From a virus (Duplodnaviria; Caudoviricetes), in IMG/VR virus record IMGVR_UViG_3300035670_000594, positions 1 through 38,670 of that record: a stretch of 38,670 bases of DNA; one strand, given 5' to 3'. The stretch's first letter is position 1. Each line of letters starts with the position of its first letter. Both the position numbers and the translations under genes were made by a program. Of the stretch, positions 17,806 to 25,401 are shown piece after piece. Under the pieces are notes generated by a model. It saw nothing but the letters and a program-made list of their open reading frames with translations, was not told the DNA's origin and did not search any database.

Positions 17806-18449
17806 TTTGAACTATTGATTAAGTCTATAACTTGGTCTTTTTTAACAACTCTTTCATACCCCGCACCATTTTGGTCTCCCTCCCATAATAGTCTTTTAGT
17901 CTTTAACCCCTCTATATCTTTCACCAAACCTACCTTATAATTATTAGCCGTTGTAGCGTCCATCTCTGCTTGTATTCTTGCACCTTCTTCGTAGCTTTTA
18001 CTGTGCTGGGCTGATAGGAGGTTGCGGATAAAGTCTTTTAAGTCTTTTTCTGTTTTGTCGCACATCTTTTGTAGCAGTTTTGCCTTTTCCCAATCACCCA
18101 CTTCATTCGGCGTTACCTTTAGATTAGTCAAATACCAAAAGTTAAAATCAAAATCTTCCTCCCAACACTCTATGTTTTTATTGGGGAATTTATCTACATA
18201 CTTACTACACTCAAAACTATGACCTTCTTCAAATTGACACTCTTTACACTTCTCTATGTTTTTATTGGGGGTGGTTAGATTACACATTACACAAACTCCT
18301 TTTTCATCTAATGAATTTTCCCAATAAATATTACCACACTCTTTGCACTTAACCTCTTTTGTTTCTTGGGGAATAATTGCTTTTACAAACGCTTTGTGGG
18401 CTATTTTGCCCCAGTTTTCTCTAATTTGTTTTTTAGTTATTTTTTTCAT
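17802..18449 (-). CDS. Hypothetical protein with Cys motifs
   Basis: ORF track; CKEC occurs twice and PNKNIE is internally repeated. Confidence 0.6.
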   Translation of the reverse strand: MKKITKKQIRENWGKIAHKAFVKAIIPQETKEVKCKECGNIYWENSLDEKGVCVMCNLTTPNKNIEKCKECQFEEGHSFECSKYVDKFPNKNIECWEEDFDFNFWYLTNLKVTPNEVGDWEKAKLLQKMCDKTEKDLKDFIRNLLSAQHSKSYEEGARIQAEMDATTANNYKVGLVKDIEGLKTKRLLWEGDQNGAGYERVVKKDQVIDLINSSK

Positions 18450-18721
18450 TTGGTAGTGGTAGGGGTTACCTTGTTAATTTCCACTAATAGCTTATAAGCC
18501 GCCTCGGCTGGTGTTGCTCCCCTTTGTCCTTGTTTATATGGGCTGTTCCACCTATTAGGAGTGGCACACCAAACTAATCCAGGGTGTTTTGGGTTCTCGC
18601 TATGTAATGTTAGCTTCCTAATTCTGTTCCCTAACTGTTCTAATATCTTTTCTAAGTCGTCTGGTGGCGGGACTATAATGTAGTTGAAATTGCTTCCTTG
18701 ATATGTATGATTTGTTTTCAT
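18446..18721 (-). CDS. Hypothetical protein
   Basis: AAGGAGG ribosome-binding site upstream; GATPAEAAYKLL C-terminus. Confidence 0.65.
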   Translation of the reverse strand: MKTNHTYQGSNFNYIIVPPPDDLEKILEQLGNRIRKLTLHSENPKHPGLVWCATPNRWNSPYKQGQRGATPAEAAYKLLVEINKVTPTTTK

Positions 18722-18748
18722 CTTCCTCCTTCTTTAATAATATTCCTC

Positions 18749-18899
18749 AGAGAGAGTGGGCTGGGTTCTGCACTGGCTATTTAACTGATAACTTATTCTT
18801 CTTGACCGCACCAAATACGAATAAGTGTCGCTTTGGCATTGGTTCAGTAGCATATGCAACGCTGGATTTTTTCAGTGCAGATTTCAACCCGCTCTCCCT
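18749..18899 (-). ncRNA. Candidate ~150-nt structured RNA
   Basis: Long closing stem, nested stems and a possible pseudoknot (see findings). Confidence 0.5.
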
Positions 18900-18907
18900 A
18901 CTTGGGG

Positions 18908-19591
18908 TTAGGTTTCTACAATAGGATTAAATTCGTTTTCTTTAAAACCAAAAGTCCACGCCTTTGCTTGTAATGCGGTTTTCATATTCGGTGGCACTCT
19001 TAATAAATAATTTCTATCAGTTGAAGCGTCTTTAACCGAAAGTAAAACTATGTCCTCATCCCCTTGAAGTTTTATTTTCAGCAATTCTCCTATTGTGCTT
19101 TTATCTATTATTTCAGGTTTAGCCAAATCAACAAACCTTTCAAATCCTATTTTTTCTATTAAAACTCTACGCACTTCAGCATTTTTTTCTTCTAATACTT
19201 GTGAAGCAGTTAGTTTATTAGGAGATTTTAATGCAAGATAAATTCTTTCTACGTTATCAAATAATTGCTTATTCCAATCTTTATCAACATAATTTCCGTA
19301 TTCGGCTTCTGGAAGTTCTATTGTTTCTTTAATGTCAAAATAATCACTTTTACCTAATCCTTCGTGCCAAGGAGATGGGCAGGAGCAACCAGATGTTCCA
19401 TCCCAAATGAATTTTCCTTTATTAGAAACCCCCATTCGGCTCATACTAAACTCATACGATAAATCAGGTTCGTCAAACTCTACAAACCATATAAACTGTT
19501 CTTCATCTATATTTTCTTTAACAGACCATTTCTCAAAATTATCTGCTATGTACTTTATTTTTTTAGTTAATTCTTCATTAATCAATAACAT
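18908..19591 (-). CDS. DUF6745-like protein
   Basis: EKNAEVRRVLIEKIG and VKDASTDRNYLLRVPP...AKAWTFG. Confidence 0.65.
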   Translation of the reverse strand: MLLINEELTKKIKYIADNFEKWSVKENIDEEQFIWFVEFDEPDLSYEFSMSRMGVSNKGKFIWDGTSGCSCPSPWHEGLGKSDYFDIKETIELPEAEYGNYVDKDWNKQLFDNVERIYLALKSPNKLTASQVLEEKNAEVRRVLIEKIGFERFVDLAKPEIIDKSTIGELLKIKLQGDEDIVLLSVKDASTDRNYLLRVPPNMKTALQAKAWTFGFKENEFNPIVET

Positions 19592-19904
19592 ATTCTATTG
19601 CTTTTGGAGTATATGCTCTTTGTCTGATAATCGCATATTTGCCATCAGTAAAATTAATAGTTTTGTGTTCTTCGTGGACTAAATTTGCCGACCCTATAAC
19701 TTCAAAAAATCTTTCTCCACTTTCATTCTCATAAACATCCAAGACACTTTTTACGCCCTTTTTTAATTTATGAGAATGCCCCGTAGCTTCACCTCTTAAT
19801 ACTTCAAATTCGTTTGGGTTATCAAGCCATTTCTTTATTACCCTATTCCCATTAAATTCGCTTACCTCTATAATTAACAAATCTCCTTGTCTATATTGGT
19901 TCAT
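19578..19904 (-). CDS. Conserved His-rich partner of DUF6745-like proteins
   Basis: YRQGDLL, GEATGHSH, HEEH and IRQRAY. Confidence 0.7.
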   Translation of the reverse strand: MNQYRQGDLLIIEVSEFNGNRVIKKWLDNPNEFEVLRGEATGHSHKLKKGVKSVLDVYENESGERFFEVIGSANLVHEEHKTINFTDGKYAIIRQRAYTPKAIEYVID

Positions 19905-19931
19905 ATCTATTTTATTTTAGTTTCTTTTTGC

Positions 19932-20075
19932 TTATTGGGGGACTAAATTTATATCACTTTCTACTTCGTTTCCCCAGACATCCCAGCCTTCTGTTTTTTG
20001 TCGGGCAAAGAGTTCTATTTTGTTTTGTGTTGAAAACATTTGCTCAATTCTTTTTCTTATTTCTTCTTTTTCCAT
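19932..20075 (-). pseudogene. Mini-ORF/remnant: C-terminal fragment of an MT-A70 methyltransferase (47 aa)
   Basis: MEKEEIRKRIEQMFSTQNKIELFARQKTEGWDVWGNEVESDINLVPQ. Confidence 0.75.
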
Positions 20076-20109
20076 ATTTTTTTATATATTACTTTTTAAT
20101 ATCTAGCTA

Positions 20110-20370
20110 CTAATCCTTTTCTTTTAATCTATCCGCAAAATCTATTTCCTCATCAGTAGCGTATTTCACAACTTCTGTTGCCACGAAGTCCCTACCTTGC
20201 CTTTTAATAATGCTTCTAAGTGCAAATAAATCTTCTTCTGCCGTTCTTTCATCAACTTCCTGCTCCATTACCCAGTTTTCCATTTTATTATCTTCCTCTC
20301 CGTGCATATTATTTGTGACGGAAAAGGTTAAATAGTAATCTTCTGCTTCTTTGTATGTTTTGAAGTGCAT
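20110..20370 (-). CDS. Hypothetical protein
   Basis: ORF track. Confidence 0.6.
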   Translation of the reverse strand: MHFKTYKEAEDYYLTFSVTNNMHGEEDNKMENWVMEQEVDERTAEEDLFALRSIIKRQGRDFVATEVVKYATDEEIDFADRLKEKD

Positions 20371-20377
20371 AGTTTTG

Positions 20378-20596
20378 TTAATCTACTTCTATTTTATAAA
20401 CACTATCTAAATCTTCTTTAGAAATCTCTGTCCTAACATATCTGCCACTACGCTTTATGTCTTCATAAATCTTATCTCCTGAAGCATTAGCCCAATAGTC
20501 TTCTATTGTCTTATGGGTTAAACCTAGCTCGTCTTTTTTCACGGTTTGAAGATATACACTTGCGTTCCATAGCCTGGGATTTGCTCTATAGGACAC
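20378..20596 (-). CDS. Hypothetical protein
   Basis: ORF track. Confidence 0.55.
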   Translation of the reverse strand: MSYRANPRLWNASVYLQTVKKDELGLTHKTIEDYWANASGDKIYEDIKRSGRYVRTEISKEDLDSVYKIEVD

Positions 20597-20814
20597 TTCT
20601 GTATATCTTTAGCTTTAATACATTTAATTTGTGTTATATTTCCGTATGTTAGGTCTATAAGTCCATCTAAGTCTGCTCTTGCATCTACTAATTGCTTATT
20701 AAGACCTACATAAATATCTCCTGGCTGACCTCCATAAATCTCCCAGTAGTGAAACAAGGGAGTTTTAATATGCATCCTAGTTGAATTACGAATTTTCTTT
20801 TGGGAATTCTTCAT
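20539..20814 (-). CDS. Hypothetical protein
   Basis: ORF track. Confidence 0.55.
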   Translation of the reverse strand: MKNSQKKIRNSTRMHIKTPLFHYWEIYGGQPGDIYVGLNKQLVDARADLDGLIDLTYGNITQIKCIKAKDIQKCPIEQIPGYGTQVYIFKP

Positions 20815-21106
20815 TTTTCCAATCTATTAATTCGTTTAACATATTATGATTTGACTTTGCTACTCTATCTATCTCTTGAAGCAGTAGCATCATCTCTGTA
20901 GCTATCTTTACCTTCTCTTGTGGCTCTGATAATGACTTGGAAACTCCCTGTGCTTCTGGTGGAACATAAGGATTAGGGGTGCTTGCTGGTCTTGGTTTAT
21001 GATTCTTCCAGTTATTACACCCAATTTTTCCTGACATAAATTGAATTATTTTACCTTCTGGACATTGTTTACATCTTTGTCCAATGTCTGCTGATGTATA
21101 TGACAT
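20786..21106 (-). CDS. Hypothetical protein with N-terminal zinc-ribbon-like motif
   Basis: CKQC...GKIGCNNW. Confidence 0.55.
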   Translation of the reverse strand: MSYTSADIGQRCKQCPEGKIIQFMSGKIGCNNWKNHKPRPASTPNPYVPPEAQGVSKSLSEPQEKVKIATEMMLLLQEIDRVAKSNHNMLNELIDWKNEEFPKENS

Positions 21107-21621
21107 AATTTCTCATATATTATTAATATTTTTGCGATTTCTCCATCCACCCATTGCTGTGGTGGTTTTTTAACCTTTCCTATTTCCTTTAAGTAAGCCT
21201 TATTGCCTTCTATGACTGGCTGTACTATATGAAATGGAAGGTTGTATAGATAGGCGTACCAACGAGCCTGGTATTCTTGACTACGAGAAGCCCTTTCTTT
21301 TAGTTTATCAGATGTCTTTATTTCAATGCCGTGGTCTTTTCCTATTGCATCTGCTTTAGCTGATATTACTATTTCTCCGAATTGCTTCTCTATCTTTACT
21401 TCCGTCTGGTAGCCTATAGTTTTAAGGTGCTCTTCTAACCAGGCGTGTTTTAGTGTTCCTAGGCACATCCTCCAAGCTTCCTGAACTGTTGGTTGCTTCC
21501 TGTTAAGGTAATCTTCTATCTTTGTCCAACCTGCCAATAAGTAATAAAGCTCTGAAGGTGAAAATCTATTTATCACTCTCTCCCTTGGAGTGCCAATTAA
21601 GTAATCTGTGATGTCTATCAT
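21046..21621 (-). CDS. PD-(D/E)xK exonuclease (Cas4/lambda-Exo-like)
   Basis: SPSEL, GTLKH, ADAI...IEIKT and YQARWY motifs. Confidence 0.75.
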   Translation of the reverse strand: MIDITDYLIGTPRERVINRFSPSELYYLLAGWTKIEDYLNRKQPTVQEAWRMCLGTLKHAWLEEHLKTIGYQTEVKIEKQFGEIVISAKADAIGKDHGIEIKTSDKLKERASRSQEYQARWYAYLYNLPFHIVQPVIEGNKAYLKEIGKVKKPPQQWVDGEIAKILIIYEKLCHIHQQTLDKDVNNVQKVK

Positions 21622-21860
21622 TACATTGGTAATACGGCCATACCCTCGTCTCCTTCTTCTAATAGAGGATACTTCTCGTATAATTCATCTGTTAATTCAA
21701 ATGTTTTATCTTTAATCATTTTAATCAAGGCGTCATAGTCTTCTTTTGATATTTTACTACCCTGAAACATAACACATTGAGAGCTGAAGAATGAAAGTGC
21801 TGAAATCCTTTTATCCTTTTGTGCGAAATTATCTTTTTCTATTTTTGTGTATTGTTTCAT
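21621..21860 (-). CDS. Hypothetical protein
   Basis: ORF track; coupled to the nuclease gene. Confidence 0.6.
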   Translation of the reverse strand: MKQYTKIEKDNFAQKDKRISALSFFSSQCVMFQGSKISKEDYDALIKMIKDKTFELTDELYEKYPLLEEGDEGMAVLPM

Positions 21861-21867
21861 ATAATTT

Positions 21868-21951
21868 AGAAATAGAGATTCAATTTGGATTTGATGAGGT
21901 AGGTTGCCCTTGCAAATCAGTCCGAATTAAACCCCCATTTCTGCAACCTAC
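21868..21951 (-). promoter_or_regulatory. Predicted pseudoknotted leader hairpin
   Basis: 22-bp stem 21868-21889/21921-21942, plus 9-bp loop pairing 21899-21907/21943-21951. Confidence 0.55.
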
Positions 21952-22274
21952 AAACTTGTTGGCGATTGTTGTGCCAAATCTTCTTCTACTGCCTTTAAGT
22001 CAACTTCACCTTCTTGGACTTCTGTGTCCTTTGGGCTTTCTACTTGGAAGGCATCTGCTACTGCTTTATCTTCTGTTGTTTCGTCTGGAGCATTCTCATT
22101 AACCCAATCTGTCTTTATCTGGTCTTCTACTTCTTGCTTGACTTCTTCTGCTCTTGAATCATCACAGGCACACTTTGTGTAATGGTCTTCCAACTCCTTT
22201 AATAAGTCTCTTATCTCTTTAATTAATTTACTTTGTAACCTTAATGCTTTTTGAAGATTGTCTATTACTGTCAT
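21948..22274 (-). CDS. Acidic hypothetical protein
   Basis: ORF track; E/D-rich C-terminus. Confidence 0.55.
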   Translation of the reverse strand: MTVIDNLQKALRLQSKLIKEIRDLLKELEDHYTKCACDDSRAEEVKQEVEDQIKTDWVNENAPDETTEDKAVADAFQVESPKDTEVQEGEVDLKAVEEDLAQQSPTSL

Positions 22275-22467
22275 ATTTGTTTAATTCGGCTTGGATAAAT
22301 TCCTTGCCTTTTAATTCTATTATTTTTTGAACCGACCTTTGCATATTTCTTTCTGTTTCTATGTCGTAGTTTCGGTAAAAACATTTCTGACATAAACCAT
22401 TACGAAACATATCGTCAACATCTGGATAACATTTTTTACAAGTTTTGCATTTCATATTCTTATACAT
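22228..22467 (-). CDS. Small zinc-finger protein
   Basis: CKTC...LCQKC. Confidence 0.55.
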   Translation of the reverse strand: MYKNMKCKTCKKCYPDVDDMFRNGLCQKCFYRNYDIETERNMQRSVQKIIELKGKEFIQAELNKYDSNRQSSKSIKVTK

Positions 22468-22702
22468 TAATTATATTCTCCGTGTCTATGCCTGTCAAGC
22501 CCTGTTTATTCACAGCTAATTTTTCCACTTTCATATATACATTATATAGTTGTTGTGCAGAAATTGGATTTCCTTTAAGGTCTAAAAACATCTTCTTTGA
22601 TGCTATGGTCTTAAAAGATTCAGCAGGGTGTTCTGTGCGATACCTATGTATCTCTATACCTCTTGCGTCTAAGATTTGCTTTTGTGCTTTATTTTGTGAC
22701 AT
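22460..22702 (-). CDS. Putative HTH transcriptional regulator
   Basis: SFKTIAS...ISAQQLYNVY; start MSQNK lies downstream of the promoter at 22736-22763. Confidence 0.5.
   Translation of the reverse strand: MSQNKAQKQILDARGIEIHRYRTEHPAESFKTIASKKMFLDLKGNPISAQQLYNVYMKVEKLAVNKQGLTGIDTENIINV
22470..22498 (-). promoter_or_regulatory. Consensus sigma70 promoter
   Basis: TTGACA-17-TATAAT exact. Confidence 0.85.
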
Positions 22703-22735
22703 ATTGTTTTTTCCCAGAATTACTATTATACTTAT

Positions 22736-22763
22736 ATTATACACCCCCATAAATCTGTGTCAA
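22736..22763 (-). promoter_or_regulatory. Sigma70 promoter
   Basis: TTGACA-16-TATAAT. Confidence 0.7.
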
Positions 22764-22819
22764 GCCCTGACTTATCAACAAGTGTACAGTATACAGTTAA
22801 GTGTAACAAAAAACACCAA

Positions 22820-23374
22820 TCACTTGGTGCTCTTTAAATCTATATCACTTTCTACTTCGTTGCCCCAAACATCCCAACCTTCTGTTTTCTGTCGTGCAAA
22901 GAGTTCTATTCGTGGTAAATCGCCACACAATTTGACAATCATATCTCTTATCTCGTCTGGCTTCCTACTATGTTCTCTGACCTGCGAAACGACTAAATTT
23001 CTTACCGATTTTGATATTCTTTTAGGATGTCCTTTTGTGGCTATCAAACATATTTCAGGGTTTGCTCGTGTCCAATAACCTAATCCAAAGTGATATTTAT
23101 TATTTTTTGTAGTTTTAGCCCAAGTAAATCCAACAGTTGCATATTTGAAACCCCACGCTTTTAGAACTTCAAATGATATTTCCAAAGTCGGATATGTTAC
23201 CCATAAAAATAAAATGCAGTTATCATCAGCCAATTCACTAATGGGGAGATTTTTAATCCAATTTAAATCTTGGCAATCATAGTGTTGAGCAGGTGATTTT
23301 TTTCCTGACTTGTTGACACTCCAACCAATAAACTTCCAAGGTGGGTCTGCATATATTATTTGATATTTCTTCAT
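22820..23374 (-). CDS. MT-A70 family N6-adenine methyltransferase
   Basis: YQIIYADPPW, LFLWVT, HSRKP and IELFAR...GWDVWGNE; start at MKKYQ preferred. Confidence 0.92.
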   Translation of the reverse strand: MKKYQIIYADPPWKFIGWSVNKSGKKSPAQHYDCQDLNWIKNLPISELADDNCILFLWVTYPTLEISFEVLKAWGFKYATVGFTWAKTTKNNKYHFGLGYWTRANPEICLIATKGHPKRISKSVRNLVVSQVREHSRKPDEIRDMIVKLCGDLPRIELFARQKTEGWDVWGNEVESDIDLKSTK

Positions 23375-23375
23375 A

Positions 23376-23495
23376 TTACTTTCTATAAGGTTGCTTCTTC
23401 CAACACTTGTCGCACAATACTCCATCATCTAAAATGGCAACCTCGCTAGTTTCTTTTAATTTGCATTTGCATTTAAGACAAATAATCTGTTTCAT
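23376..23495 (-). CDS. 39-aa zinc-finger mini-protein
   Basis: Manual translation MKQIICLKCKCKL...LCDKCWKKQPYRK. Confidence 0.5.
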   Translation of the reverse strand: MKQIICLKCKCKLKETSEVAILDDGVLCDKCWKKQPYRK

Positions 23496-23617
23496 TTTAT
23501 TTTATAACTTCCGTCTTTTTGTTCCTCTAAGACAGGAATCTCAAATGGATTTTCTTTTAACCATCTTTTCATTTTTGCAAAATTCGCTGCTTTTTTTATT
23601 TTACTTAGCTTTTTCAT
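23492..23617 (-). CDS. 41-aa basic hypothetical protein
   Basis: Manual translation MKKLSKIKKAANFAKMKRWL...; ATGA overlap with the next ORF. Confidence 0.45.
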   Translation of the reverse strand: MKKLSKIKKAANFAKMKRWLKENPFEIPVLEEQKDGSYKIK

Positions 23618-23971
23618 AATTTTCCTCTATTCACTATTTAAATAATTTGAATAATTCATTATATATTATATCACCAGAACCCTGATTACGCCCCCCCCTC
23701 CCCCCGTTCGTTTTAAGAATTAGGTTGGTGTCTGATGATTATTATATCACCGTCACCCTGACTGCATTTAAGGCATTGCAGTAGCCCACGCCCCAATACT
23801 GTTTAAAGTCCGTATTGAGTGTTAACCCCCCGAGACTGTTCCGAAATGGCTTTTAACCTTTTGACAACTCGTGTCGTATGTCTATCGTAGACATAGAAAA
23901 GGTGACCTATCGCTAAACAAATCACCTTCTCTATATTAGCGATATATTTATTAAATTGTACTCCTTATTCT

Positions 23972-23980
23972 ATTATAGCA
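23972..23980 (-). promoter_or_regulatory. Extended -10 promoter
   Basis: TGcTATAAT on the minus strand. Confidence 0.55.
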
Positions 23981-23986
23981 CAAGTA

Positions 23987-24015
23987 TTGCTTTTTGCTAC
24001 CCACTATGCTATCAT
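23987..24015 (+). promoter_or_regulatory. Divergent sigma70-like promoter
   Basis: TTGCTT-17-TATCAT with extended TG. Confidence 0.45.
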
Positions 24016-24133
24016 ACTGTGTGTAATATATTTTAGTATATTACGGCATCACAGTAACCAGCAGAAAGTCAAGTTCTCTAACTTCAATTCGCTGGAAGCT
24101 CTTTAAACATAAAAGGTCTTTCTCCGCCTTTTT

Positions 24134-24160
24134 GCCTCTTCGTGAAGAAGAGGTTTTTCT
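24134..24160 (+). terminator. Intrinsic terminator (plus-strand polarity)
   Basis: cctcttc-gtgaa-gaagagg followed by ttttt. Confidence 0.6.
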
Positions 24161-24162
24161 AT

Positions 24163-24534
24163 TTATTGAGCTGGTGTCTCAACTGGAGTTTCTACGACTT
24201 CTTCTGCTGTAGTTTCTTCAACATTCTCTGATGCTGGTTCTACAATAACTTCTGTATCCATTGGGTTTTTGAAATTTATTCTATCTTTATATTCTGCGAC
24301 CTTTGCTTTATTATATTGACCTACTGGTCTAATGTATCCACATACTCTGGAGTAAACTTCACATTTCTGAAACTTTTTCAACGTTTTATCGGAGTCAAAG
24401 CATTTATCACATCTAGTCACCCAATACTCTTTTTCGTCTTTTAGAAATTTAAGTTGTTTTCCTCCCGCTAGTTCAAGTCCTTGACCTAAGTCAACCTCTT
24501 GTATTTCCACATCACACAAATCGCAATGTTGCAT
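24163..24534 (-). CDS. Stand-alone class III ribonucleotide reductase (NrdD) C-terminal glycyl-radical domain
   Basis: CEVYSRVCGYIRPVGQYNKAKVAEYKDR, plus CDLC and CDKC. Confidence 0.8.
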   Translation of the reverse strand: MQHCDLCDVEIQEVDLGQGLELAGGKQLKFLKDEKEYWVTRCDKCFDSDKTLKKFQKCEVYSRVCGYIRPVGQYNKAKVAEYKDRINFKNPMDTEVIVEPASENVEETTAEEVVETPVETPAQ

Positions 24535-24610
24535 ATTTTTTCATATAGGAAAGGGCAGTGTACGAAACCGCCCATCCCCCGTTTTATTAATTATAATGCG
24601 TCTACGGGCT

Positions 24611-25074
24611 CTACAATGCCCTGTGGCACGTCCAGTGAGACTGGTATCCCTTGTTCCAACTCCATCCTAACATTTCTATTTGGTCTTTAGTAGAATGTAT
24701 ATCTAACGGTCTTGTCATAAAACCTAATTCTTTAATTCTTTCGTTGTTCCAATAAGTCCAAGTAGATGGCATATATTGTAGGATGCCCACCTCACCTGCT
24801 TTACCTATCGCTGTGTACTCAAAACTACTCTCACACCAAGAGGTTCTAAGTACTTGCGATTCATCTAATCCATATTTTTTAGCTGCGAAGACTAAAGCCA
24901 ATTTTACTTCTTCAGGGGTCGGAGTTTCAGAAAGAGACTCTATCGGGTTTAACTGAAATTGCAATGTTTCATCTTCGTCACTAAGAATTTTAATCGGAAT
25001 TGCGAAGCCTAGAACGACTAGTGTTGCCAGCACCATCACGAGAATCGCTATCCTAACTGTTTTCCCAAATTCAT
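24611..25074 (-). CDS. Lytic transglycosylase (SLT-like) with N-terminal signal anchor; probable -1 frameshift near 25060 (alternative start GTG 25039)
   Basis: Catalytic WCES, GILQY..STW and HWTC; hydrophobic N-terminus. Confidence 0.75.
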
Positions 25075-25128
25075 ATTATTTAATTATATTACTTACAAAA
25101 TTCTTTGCAAGTATAGTTTATACACACC

Positions 25129-25302
25129 CTATTTTGCTATAGCTGCTCTTGTTGTAGCTAATCCTGTTGCACCGAGTAATCCATATAATATTGTTGCTAT
25201 CTCTGCAGTTATGTATCCTAAGTATTGTGCGACTGCAACTATGCCGACTAATACGGCTACTATGTAGGTTTTTTTCCCACTTAAATATTCTATTACGTTC
25301 AT
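25129..25302 (-). CDS. Holin-like 57-aa two-TM protein
   Basis: Manual translation MNVIEYLSGKKTYIVAVLVGIVAVAQYLG...LLGATGLATTRAAIAK. Confidence 0.65.
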   Translation of the reverse strand: MNVIEYLSGKKTYIVAVLVGIVAVAQYLGYITAEIATILYGLLGATGLATTRAAIAK

Positions 25303-25400
25303 TGTTTATTCCTTGTTAAGAAAGATACTAATAGTGCATTGAAAGTTATAAACACGATTAGTAGTCCTGCATAAGCAAGGGCTAATTCTTCTAAACTCAT
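25299..25400 (-). CDS. 33-aa single-TM protein
   Basis: Manual translation MSLEELALAYAGLLIVFITFNALLVSFLTRNKQ; ATGA overlap with the next gene. Confidence 0.5.
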   Translation of the reverse strand: MSLEELALAYAGLLIVFITFNALLVSFLTRNKQ

Positions 25401-25401
25401 T

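Noticed and set aside
21046-21621. Cas4-like nuclease as evidence of CRISPR-Cas
   Set aside because: No repeat-spacer array or other cas genes; solo PD-(D/E)xK nucleases are common in phages
19950-22909. MT-A70 repeat pair as a diversity-generating retroelement TR/VR
   Set aside because: Differences are synonymous and not adenine-specific; no reverse transcriptase present
22482-23078. 198-aa plus-strand ORF
   Set aside because: Antisense to MT-A70, the HTH gene and two promoters; no recognisable motifs
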